A stretch of DNA of 64,000 nucleotides from Porphyridium purpureum (taxonomy: Eukaryota): the NCBI GenBank assembly GCA_008690995.1, contig VRMN01000001.1, positions 1,426,001 to 1,490,000 on the forward strand. The letters are read 5' to 3'. A program made the position numbers and the translations under genes. The notes beneath the pieces were generated by a model that was not told where the DNA came from, did no database searches, and was given only the letters and a program-made list of their open reading frames with translations. Positions 54,158 through 64,000 of the stretch are shown in pieces; the stretch's first letter is position 1; each line of letters opens with the position of its first letter.

Positions 54158-55834
54158 TTGTTGCTGTTGCTGCTGCTGATGATGATACAGTGACAGCTCA
54201 AATGACGCAACAAGTATCTCAAACAAGGGACTGAGACCCGGGTTGGCTATCAGATTGGCCTTCTGCTCTGGGTTTTCGCGAAGCAACTGAGTAACCGTCG
54301 TGAGAGTCGAAGAAATAGGTCTCAGGTCGCGCTCCTTGTCATCCAGACGCTGATCCGAGGAAACAAGCCGTGTCATGAGTACCTTGAGCCGCTCCCAACG
54401 TTCGCGATTCTGCCGCATTCGCTCATGCTCACGGTCTGCCACAGGGTCATGAAACGCAGCGTCATCAAACGGGTCACCGTCTGCACCCAGCGTCTCCGGA
54501 CCTTCAGCGCCATCAAAGCCATCACCGCCGCGATCAAATGTGTCATCACCAAAAGTCTGCTCTGCGTTTTCGCCCGCCGAACCAACTGCCAGGCCTTTCA
54601 CGCCAACTGATGCGGCGCTGTGCATCGCTGGCTGCAGCTCAACAAAGCTGTCTACACACTCATCCAATTCCAGCTCAAGATCATCATAATTTTCTTCTTT
54701 CTCTTCCGAGAAATCTTCGATCTTGACATCATTCGCAAGTTTGCGCCCAGGCAGCTGCGAGCCTGACCCAAGCTTCGATGCCAACGAGCCCGTACGCTTG
54801 CTCATGTTCGTGCCGATCTCATTCATTGAAAAGGCCGGGGACAGAGCGTTTACGGGTGACTCCGACGGGTCAGCGAGCCAACGGTGCAGCAGTAGCTGGT
54901 CGGCACTCGCGCGCGTGTTCATGTCCTTGTTGAAGCACTTGGTCAAAAAGTCCTCGCAATCGGCAGATATACCGGCCGGGAATGGCGGGCGCTCATCAGA
55001 CACAATGCGGAACATGGCCGACAGCTCGTTCATGTCGTGATACGGTGGAAAGCCAGTCAACAGCTCAATGACTGTGCAGCCAACGCTCCAAATATCTGAG
55101 GCCGTCGAATACCCAGACAGCGAAATGATCTCAGGCGCCATCCAGTACGGCGTACCCACCACCTCCATGTCTGCTGAGCTGCCCGAGTCATCTATGTCTG
55201 CCGGTTTCGTCGTGCTTACGCCGAAATCGGTCAGTTTGACCTGGCTTTCCTTCGTAATAAGAATATTCCCTCCTTTGATGTCACGATGCACTACACCTTG
55301 CGCGTGCAGATATGACAATCCCATGAGCAGTTGCCTGACAAACTTGCGCACCAGCGTCTCATCAAGCACCAACGCGTCGTCCTCGCCGTCCCCGGCATCT
55401 TTTCCGCCACCGCCGTCGACATTATCTAACGCAGAGCCCTTGCGCACTTCTGTCACTAGCTTTTCTAGCGAGCCTCCCTCGACGTACTCCATCACGATAT
55501 CCAAATACTGCTCATCTGTGGCCATGGCCTCAATATAATTCACAATGTACTTGTTCTTGAGATTTCGGAACAACGCGATTTCTTCTTGAATGCCGCGCTT
55601 CTCCTCCTCAGACAGGAGCTCCCGACTCACCCGCTTAATGGCGACGTGCTTCCCTTCCTGCGTCCAGATGCCCTTGTACACCACGCCATACCCGCCCTTC
55701 CCGATGCGCTCAAGAAGCAGATATGTATTTCCCGAGTGTCCGTGCAGCGTCTTCTTGTTGGTCGCGCGCGACGCCATTTTCCGCAGCACCCCCGTCTGCG
55801 AACCTGAGCGCGACGCGAGCAGGAAGTCATCCAT
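51824..55834 (-). CDS. STE-group Ser/Thr kinase, Cdc15/Cdc7/SepA/MAP3K-epsilon type, with polyQ and ARM-like repeats
   Basis: GKGGYGVV, VAIK, HRDIKGGN, DFG, VVGTPYWMAPEII, SDIWSVGCTVIELLTG.PPY; long helical C-terminus. Confidence 0.93.
54101..54178 (-). repeat. CAG/CAA repeat encoding ~26 Gln in the kinase
   Basis: Read directly. Confidence 0.95.
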
Positions 55835-57757
55835 CGCGACTCGGCGCGAGCGCCGCTATGCGCGCAACGGCGACGTGCTTCTGGGAAAATCACGCGCTCT
55901 CCGGCAGCCCTGGCAATCGCAAAGCAGTCGCGGCAGCGCGCGGCGCAGTGAACCCGTGCATAGACCGGGCGGCGCGCTGTGTGAAACGCAGAAGTAGCCT
56001 CCTCTGCGGCCTTTCCCCCGTGGCGCCAGGCGCGCCTTGTCCCGCCGACGGAAACGGATTGCCGGCCGGAAAAGGAGGCCGCGACACGTGCGCGCCAAGT
56101 CTGAACCTTTTGTAACCCAACCTTAAGAGAGAGCTTTATGAATGAAATGGCACAAAATATCACGAAAACAACAAGATAAAAAGTCACGATGAAGACGCAA
56201 GAAGAGTAATCCCCATTCTGTTCGAGCCACCTAATCACGCAAGGCCGCGCTGCTGCGCGCAGCGAGCGACGGACCCCGGCAATGTTTCCAGAGCGCATCG
56301 TGACGTTTACGCGTCTGTGCGGCACGGAGTGGTGGACACGGAAAACGACAGAGACCGCGACAGAAAAGAGAAAAGAATGGCGCAAGCATGAGGCATGCAT
56401 TCACCCAACATGGTCAGCAAATGAACCTGAAGCGTAAATCGAAGCTACACGAGAAGACAACAGGCGGCGCCGCGATCCACACCGAGTACAACGGGCCGCG
56501 CGGTCAGAAAGACAACACCGGAACAAGCGCGTGCGCCCGGCGTTTTGATGCGCGCTCGCCGACTTGGATTCAGCCCAAATTTGTTTGAACTTTGTCTATC
56601 ACCACCATGGTCCGGCTGATTTTGAAGATGCCGGCCATATCTGACAGGGGCGACACGATTTTGTCATCACTTCCAAGCCGATCAAGTCGAGCTGCCGCGA
56701 AACCAGAAGATCCAGTCCCGTTTGTCGTGCTCACAATTTCCTAGTTGACGCCTTGCCGCGCAAGACGTAAAAAGACTCAAATGCCATCGCTCGTGCTTAG
56801 AACGTACCTGATCGGCAACCCGCAGTCCGATTACTTTTTTTTTTTCTAGACACGCAGCGGACCGCAACACGCCTTTCGACGTGGCAGTTCCGCTGCGCGT
56901 GCTTTGACAAACAGCTCCGAGCGCTTTCGGCGCCTTCTGGCGGGCTCTCCATCCGGCGTAACACTCGAGACGCTCGACGCGGAAGCGTTCGACTCCCGCG
57001 CCTCGCTGACCTCGCGTGCATCCGAGGATCACAGCCCACCCGTTTCCGCACCGAGAAGGGCCGATGCGCGCTCGTTACCCCAGGAGGATCTAGCTATTCA
57101 CAGGCCGGCAGTCTCTGCCCTAGTGTCCGGGGACTTTCGCCCAGAGCGCATGATCCTGTGAAGGACGCGCCACGGAAGCCGGGGAGTGGCAAGGGAGAGC
57201 CGCAGATATGATCCGCAACCTATCCCCCCAGGCCACCCCCCTCCCTTCCATCACGCGCCTTCCGTGTGTGCCGCTCCGATCAAGGCTGCTTCCTTGCGTC
57301 TTACCCCCCTTCGTCGCCGCCGCCGCGCGTGTCCCGCTCCGAACGGCCGCGATTTAAACGGCGCGCCGCGGAGTCAATTTCGAAACCGTTTGCCGCTCAT
57401 CGACCTGGCGAAGTGTCGCGCCAGCCAGCGTGCCCGACGGTCGTCACGTGCGGCAGCACGTTCATGTGCGCGGAAACAGGCGCGCGCGACGCGATGCCCC
57501 GCTCTGAGTGGCGCAGTGGACGACACGCGCGGCACGTGCTGGCGCCAGTCGGGCGTAGCGCGGTTGTGCGCCACCCTGACGGCAGATCCTGTCGAGCTGG
57601 CACGGAACAACGTGCGCGTCATCCAGCCATACGCGTGCGTTTGTCTATTTCCTGAGCGAGCGCGGCGCGCATGCAGAGGCGCGGCCGCGCGGCAGCAGTA
57701 GCGTCGCAGACGGTGTGTGGCGCGTGTCGGTCATGTCATGCGGCGCGTTCCCTCCTC

Positions 57758-58175
57758 TGTCAGAAAGTTCACTCTTCCAAGCCACTGTACTAAGAGATGC
57801 ACCTCGCATCGCTTCTCCGGGCTGTCGACAGGCACGGGATTATGCCGAGCCTCGCAAGATCGTTCTCACGCAGGATCTCGTCCCACGCCAGCCCGGCGTA
57901 CAGCGGTCACCTCGTGCGAAGTATGTAAAGTGGACTCCGTCTCCCGCAAGCTAATGACGGGAGAAAAAGGAGGACCAGAGATGAGCGTAGTGAAGAACAT
58001 TTAGTTAAAAAGGGTTTGTTGTCCTTATAAGCAGCAAGGGATTCTGAAGATCACCTCCTGCAGACCGACCTCACGTCCGTGGTGGCGGGCCCACTGCCTG
58101 ACGTGTAGCAGTTCTTCCCTACGCCTTCGCGGTCTCTCCGGGGCACAAAACCCCGTAAAACCGGTTTTTGTGACA
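57758..58175 (+). repeat. 5' LTR
   Basis: 4 substitutions versus the 3' LTR by manual comparison. Confidence 0.97.
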
Positions 58176-58287
58176 TTTCGAAATTCACTTGTGCTTGCCC
58201 GTTTGCTCTCTTCGTCCGCTTTCTTTGATCTATCCAGCAAGGAGTCGGGCCTGAGTGAAGCGATTAGCGGTCTGCTGACGGGTCAGA

Positions 58288-59619
58288 ATGTCCAGTGAGG
58301 GAGAAGCCGCCCCAACTTCCCCTGTATCTTCGAGGACACGAGGCGCTCATTCGTCTCGGGCGGGCGCATCCTCGACGGTACCAGAGAAGCAGAGATCAAG
58401 CCCGGCACTCGACACACAGGTACCAGCATCCCGGCCTGAACGCGCAGCAGAGCGCTTCCCATGGCTCGACGTCAAAGCGAAGAATGAAATTGTCGAGGAC
58501 ATGCTAAGGACTGCCGACGAGATGGGGAACGATGACATTGAAATGATGATGGTTGAGAGCCTTATGTCGTACGACCTACTGAAAGAAAACGGCGGCCCGC
58601 CGAGCCTCCTCGCGTGGCAGCGATACTGTCGCCTCCGCGGGGTGCCAAACTTCGAGTACGGGCGCAATATTCAGGACTCATTCAGAGCTTTCTCCCAGAC
58701 TTCATTGGGGAACGAAGATACAAACCACGTCGAGCTTGGCGGAGCTGGTGAGTCGCGCGGTCTGAGAAGAGGAAACGCGTCCTCGAGTCCAAATGAAGTC
58801 GCCTTTACAAAATACTTCGAGCGGTATGTCTTCACTGGCGAGCCAAATGGCATGCCATTTGCCGCTTGGTACCGAAAATTCGAACAAGCGCGAACGGTAT
58901 TCCGCATCGACGACTCTACGGCGAGAAGCGCGCTTCCGCTTATTCTGGGCGGAAGCGCCGAAGCGCTCGTGTCGAGCGCCCAACACCAGCGCTTAGACTC
59001 GATGCTTGCCATGCTCAAGTCGTCATTCGACTCAAACGATAAGAGAGAACAGCGTATTTTGGCACTAAGCCGGCTCAACCTCGACCAGTTTATCACGTCG
59101 TCGCCATCGAGACACGAGTCGTTGGTCAGGCTGAGAGCCGCTGTGAAAGCCGAGGCACGCGAACTCGACGTACCCGATAACACACCCGACGGCCTTGCCC
59201 GCCACGTCTCCCGCGCAATCATGGCGTCGACATTTTCACCGCTCTTCACCTTGATTCAGGCCCGCAATCCCGAAGAGAAAATTTTCAAGTTCTCACACAT
59301 ACTCAAAGGAATGGATTACAACAAGGGCACCCTCTTCGGAAAGGGTGACGATATTCTTACCGGCTTCCAGAAGGCTGAAGGACCGCGTAGGAGGTTTGCT
59401 ACGAAAACTGACAAACTTTGCAGTTTTTGTGGCATCAAAGGACATGAAGAAAGTACGTGCTGGAAAAAGCATGGGCGCCCGCCCTCAAGAGTCGCGTGGG
59501 TCGACCCGGAGAATGAGGGCGAACCCGACCCGGATGTTGATGCAGAAAAGGAAAGCGTGGCTTCTTTGCGAGAAAAACTAGTCGATTATGACCAGAACGA
59601 TCCTGATGAGCAAGCATGA
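58288..59619 (+). CDS. gag: Gag
   Basis: CCHC knuckle CSFCGIKGHEESTC; ends in TGA in frame with pol. Confidence 0.9.
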   Translation: MSSEGEAAPTSPVSSRTRGAHSSRAGASSTVPEKQRSSPALDTQVPASRPERAAERFPWLDVKAKNEIVEDMLRTADEMGNDDIEMMMVESLMSYDLLKENGGPPSLLAWQRYCRLRGVPNFEYGRNIQDSFRAFSQTSLGNEDTNHVELGGAGESRGLRRGNASSSPNEVAFTKYFERYVFTGEPNGMPFAAWYRKFEQARTVFRIDDSTARSALPLILGGSAEALVSSAQHQRLDSMLAMLKSSFDSNDKREQRILALSRLNLDQFITSSPSRHESLVRLRAAVKAEARELDVPDNTPDGLARHVSRAIMASTFSPLFTLIQARNPEEKIFKFSHILKGMDYNKGTLFGKGDDILTGFQKAEGPRRRFATKTDKLCSFCGIKGHEESTCWKKHGRPPSRVAWVDPENEGEPDPDVDAEKESVASLREKLVDYDQNDPDEQA

Positions 59620-62600
59620 CTCCTTATGGTGCAGGTGGCGATATGTGGGATTTCCGGCCGCACAGCGCCACTGCGCCGCTGGAGAGGTGTGTTTGTGGAT
59701 ACGGGCGCCCCGATTTCGGTCGCAGGCGTGGCCGCATTTTTCGAATATTGTGAAACCGTAGGGTCACCTAAGACACTTGAACCCGTACCAAAAGAACTCC
59801 CAACACTTGTCTGGGGAAAGCGCCTGGAGCCGGTCGGAGTCGGGACCGTGCGTGTCGGGATTGGTGCAGACGCCTTTCTTTCTTTCCATTTCATTGTGGT
59901 CCAAGGCTCAAATCTGCCCATCCTCATCGGCAACGACGAACTCGAGCGTCACCGACTGAACGTGGTACGTGAACCACCACCTCTACGACTACAAGGGCCG
60001 AACTTTGACATCCGCTTAGAAGTGGCGCCTTCCAAACACATATCGATCCCGGCAAATTCGTTTTCGAAAGGATTATTCCATGTGGAGTCATCCGAACAAG
60101 CTTTACTGTTCACAGACGCCGAGCTCAAAAATATTCACAAAAGATTCGGACACGCAAGCGCCGCCCAGATGAAGAAGATACTGCGCCTTTCTGGGAACCC
60201 GTTGTCATCAGAACAGTACAAGAAATTACACGACATGCTGCGCGTGTGTGACATTTGCCAGTGGTATTCCGGGCGGCGAAGCAGCTTCAAAGTTGCTGCG
60301 GAAATTGAGGTTTCATTTAACCACAATGTATCGCTTGACATCATGTACTTGAATCCAGATGCAACAAGTCCATCCATCCCGGTTCTACACGCAGTCTGCA
60401 ATGGCACAAAGCTCAACGGGGCATGGTTTGTGTCCGGAGAAACTGCTCAAGACCTGTTCTGTTTATTTTTCCGGGGATGGATATCTGTATTCGGTAGTCC
60501 GCATCGAATCACAGTGGACCACCAGAGTAATTTTGCGTCAGCCGACTTTAAGGCGCTCATGCTAGGGGAGTGCTCTGTCGTAGACGTCGTCCCCATAGAG
60601 TCGCATTGGTCCCAAGGAACGGTGGAACGACACCATGAGCCTCTACGGAAAACGTATCTACGTGTCCGCCGCGACCAACCAGGTTTGACTCCAGAGGACA
60701 CCCTCGCCATAGCTGTACGGGCGGTCAATGTAACCACCGGCCCAGAAGGTGTAATTCCCAGCCTTCTGGTGTTTGGGACAATACCACGACTGGCCATGCG
60801 ACCAGAATCGGCCCGAGAAGATTCCCGCGAAATGAATGTTGCCCGCCTTTCCGCGGCCATAATTGCGCGGGGCGCGTATGAACGCGCCATTGCAGAATAT
60901 CGTGTGAAAGCAGCATTGGCGAGCCGAGCCCCTGAATTTCCGCGGGAGGGGGACAGAATTGAAGCTGGAGTCCCGGTCCTCGTGCGCCGCGAAGAAGCGT
61001 ATGAGTATGGGGGCCCGTTTGTGTGCGCCAAGGTTGATGGAAACCGGGTGTGGGTGCTCGTGCCGAATATGAGAGGTCCGGCAAGACAATTATCATTCAG
61101 CATCCACAATGTGAAACCATATTTGCGAGCCACAGACGTACGGGAAAATCTAATTCTCAAGCTCGATAGCGCAGACCATGTCGAGGATGATTTATGGAAA
61201 GAAGCAAAGGAAAAGGAGCTTCGTGGCTTAATCGATCGAGGCACTCTTGAAGCAGTGCATGAAGTACCGCCGGGCGCGACTTTATTAGGCTCGCGAATGG
61301 AAAACACCGTCAAGGCAGACGGTACCTTCAAATCCCGCTTCGTCGCACAAGGCATCAAAACACGGGATCCGGGCGCGGAATCCACAACCATAAATGCGCC
61401 AACGCTATCGCGGTTTATGATGCGCACGATCTTTTCCATAGCAGTGATCCGAGGGCATAGAATCGCATACCGCGATTTTGCTCAAGCATACTTGCAGAGT
61501 GAGTGGGACCTATCGCGCAAAGTATTCATTCGGCTAAAGTCTGACGTGCGGGACATCCTTTCCCAAATCACGGAAAGTGTATTCCCTCAATACGCCCGGA
61601 TAGTCAAGCCATTGTATGGACTCAGAGAGTCGGGGACCTACTGGCATGCCACACTGACCAAGCGACTCCGTGATATAGGCTTTAATACGGCCGGTCTCGA
61701 CCCTTGCGTCTTCTATCTCCGATCCGAAGAATCATTTCTCGGCGGTGTCGGTGTTATCCGTTCGACCCCAGTCACCTAGAACGGTTCGGTTAATCCAAAC
61801 CGGTAAGCCGTTAAACCGGTAGACCGTTTAACCGTTTCTAGAAGCTTCTAAAGGTTCCAGAACCTTCTAGACGCGCGCAGAAATGCCAATGGTTTGCATT
61901 GTCATTTCTCTTGGCGCCTTGCTGTCCCTGGCGGAAGTAAGGGTATAAAAAGGCGACGCGCCTGCCCGGACTAGCCGGTCAGGTCTTGCTCGGAGAAAGA
62001 AGAGGGAAGACAGAGAGAGAGAGTAAAAAAGGCACAGCATCGGTAACAGTCGGCGTGCTTGTGGACGATTCTTTGATTTTTGGCGAAGAGGCGGCGTTCG
62101 CCGCAGAGTCCAAAGTTGCCTCTGGACTCGATAACAAAGGTCGTTTCGATCCGCCTTTTACATTCAATGGGACACATGTCACCACCCGAGGACGGACTTT
62201 GACAATAGACCAAGATGCTTATGTCCAAAGATGCTTCGGATCAAGCATCCCGAATGTGCAGACCTTCGAGGAATTTCGCTCCATACGCGGCAAGCTGGCC
62301 TACTTGTCATCAGGCACGCGCCCAGACATCCAGTGCGCAACAGCAAAATTGGCCCAAGTGACAGCAAGCTCTTTTACTCAAGAACACGCGAGAAAGGTTG
62401 TGCGACTCGCCAAGTATGTGAACCATCACCGAGTACAAGTGCGATATGCCCCACTAGACCCAGCGACGCTAAGGATACGCGTATTTGCAGATGCCAGTTA
62501 CGCCTCTAATCACGACCACACTTCCCAACTTGGTTTCGCGATTTTCCTTGGTGACTCATCTGACACAGTACACCATCTCCATTCTTCGTCACATAAGGCC

Positions 62601-62975
62601 AAACAGGTGGCACACTCAGCCATGAGTGCTGAACTTCTGGCTTTGGTGTTGGCATACGATTTCGCTGAAGGCATACAGAACGAACTACATCAGTGCGGGC
62701 TAGATGCGCCCATTGTCCTCGCCACTGACTCAAAGCAAATATACGACTCGGTTGCAAGCAGCTCCATTCTCCAGGAAAAGAGGCAGATGATTCGACTTCT
62801 GCTTCTCCGGGAAGGCATGGCGCTGGGGCGGATCGCAGAACTTGTGCATGTCGCGGGCGCCAACAATGTTGCCGACGCGCTCACCAAAGAGCGCGACTGC
62901 CCGCTCTGGCGACGCGTGTTACGCCACGGTAAACTAGCGGACGTTGCCAGCGCGCGTGTGTATCTACTTCAGTAG
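59620..62975 (+). pseudogene. pol: Pol (PR-IN-RT-RH) disrupted by solo-LTR insertion
   Basis: VDTGA, H-KRFG-H...CDIC, SLDIM/TVDHQ/TVER, KSRFVAQG, LYGL; removing the insertion plus one TSD restores GGVGVLVDD; FADAS, SAEL, TDSK, ADALTK. Confidence 0.93.
61752..62048 (+). mobile_element. Solo LTR (297 bp) nested in RT
   Basis: TGTTA...TAACA; TSD GTCGG at 61747-61751 and 62049-62053; TATAAAA at 61944. Confidence 0.93.
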
Positions 62976-63081
62976 AACATTCTCTCGTTTTTCGGAGAAG
63001 GTTAATTTGCGCTTACGCAAGCAGGTTCAACGTTGAGCATCGCACTCGCGCCCAGCAAACAACAAAACGAGGTCGGGCTAG

Positions 63082-63499
63082 TGTCAGAAAGTTCACTCTT
63101 CCAAGCCACTGTACTAAGAGATGCACCTCGCATCGCTTCTCCGGGCTGTCGACAGGCAAGGGATTATGCCGAGCCTCGCAAGATCGTTCTCACGCAGGAT
63201 CTCGTCCCACGCCAGCCCGGCGTACAGCGGTCACCTCGTGCGAAGTATATAAGGTGGACTCCGTCTCCCGCAAGCTAATGACGGGAGAAAAAGGAGGACC
63301 AGAGATGAGCGTAGTGAAGAACATTTAGTTAAAAAGGGTTTGTTGTCCTTATAAGCAGCAAGGGATTCTGAAGATCACCTCCTGCAGACCGACCTCACGT
63401 CCGTGGTGGCGGGCCCACTGCCTGACGTGTAGCAGTTCTTCCCTACGCCTTCGCGGTCTCTTCGGGGCACAAAACCCCGTAAAACCGGTTTTTGTGACA
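63082..63499 (+). repeat. 3' LTR
   Basis: Matches 57758-58175. Confidence 0.97.
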
Positions 63500-63764
63500 T
63501 CCTCGGCTCCCGCGCACTGACGCTCACTGTACCTCCGATTTGGCGCGAAACCGCGGCGCGCGAAAGAGAGGTACAGTGAACCGAAAAACCGAAACGCGCG
63601 TGCAAAGCGCGCGGGCGGCGCGGCGCGAAAAGCGCGGAGAGAGGAAGAGAAGGGATGGCTGGAGACGGTGGGAGTGCGGGGTGTGGCGCGAGAGCGACGA
63701 GGGCAGTGCTGACGCAGAAACGCGTGGCGGCGGGTGGGTGGGTGGTGGTGGTTCGCGGGCGACG

Positions 63765-64000
63765 ATGCAGGGCGTGCGCGTGGCGGCGTTGAGCGACGCA
63801 GAGCGGAACCGGTGGATGGAGCTCGCGTGCATGGCGAGTATGGATTCGTGCGACCTCACCGTGCGCTCGCCGAGGATGGGGATCGGGAACGCCGGCGGAG
63901 GCAGTAGCAGCGGTGGAGGAGGCGGCGGCGCTGGCGGCATGGGCGGGAGCGTGCGGTCGATGTTTCTGAACGACGACGACGACTTCACGTTTGGCTCGAC
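63765..64000 (+). CDS. 5' end of a probable host gene running off the window
   Basis: ATG-initiated open frame MQGVRVAALSDAERNRW...GGGG...DDDDFTFGS to the window edge. Confidence 0.5.
   Translation, partial: MQGVRVAALSDAERNRWMELACMASMDSCDLTVRSPRMGIGNAGGGSSSGGGGGGAGGMGGSVRSMFLNDDDDFTFGS

Larger units (their letters stand above)
57758..63499 (+). mobile_element. Full-length Ty1/copia LTR retrotransposon with nested solo LTR
   Basis: 418-bp LTRs TGTCA...TGACA; TSD TCCTC at 57753-57757 and 63500-63504; order gag-PR-IN-RT-RH. Confidence 0.97.

Noticed and set aside
55835..57757. Arg/Ala-rich ORFs in the 1.9-kb gap
   Set aside because: Composition typical of spurious GC-rich frames; more likely UTR/promoter DNA.
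61986..62975. Stand-alone 329-aa gene
   Set aside because: It is the 3' part of pol; its N-terminus derives from the inserted solo LTR.
1..64000. tRNA, rRNA or other structured RNA genes
   Set aside because: None recognised by eye; a covariance-model scan would be needed to exclude them.

Overview
Gene-dense, apparently intron-poor, GC-rich eukaryotic nuclear DNA. Plastid-type MAF/MAAF N-termini, aroB, a DUF3727-like protein and KEA suggest a unicellular red alga (inference). About 20 intact single-exon host genes lie between two Ty1/copia LTR retrotransposon loci. The left end (1-4378) is a head-to-tail tandem of an internally deleted copia sharing a mosaic central LTR. The right end (57758-63499) is a young full-length copia with 418-bp LTRs (4 mismatches) and TSD TCCTC. 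Its gag and pol are in the same frame, separated only by UGA, an 8-nt spacer and a long stem-loop: a candidate programmed-readthrough cassette. Its RT is interrupted by a 297-bp solo LTR of a third family, also present at 5626-5932, which carries heat-shock-element-like arrays. The 42-50.5 kb segment holds two pseudogenes not evident in the ORF track (a large secreted Cys-rich protein and calnexin) around an intact GT14 gene. Also notable: a Kv-like channel with a TGEFP filter and paired GTACAG/CTGTAC and telo-box motifs in promoters. All family calls are from motif recognition by eye, not database searches.
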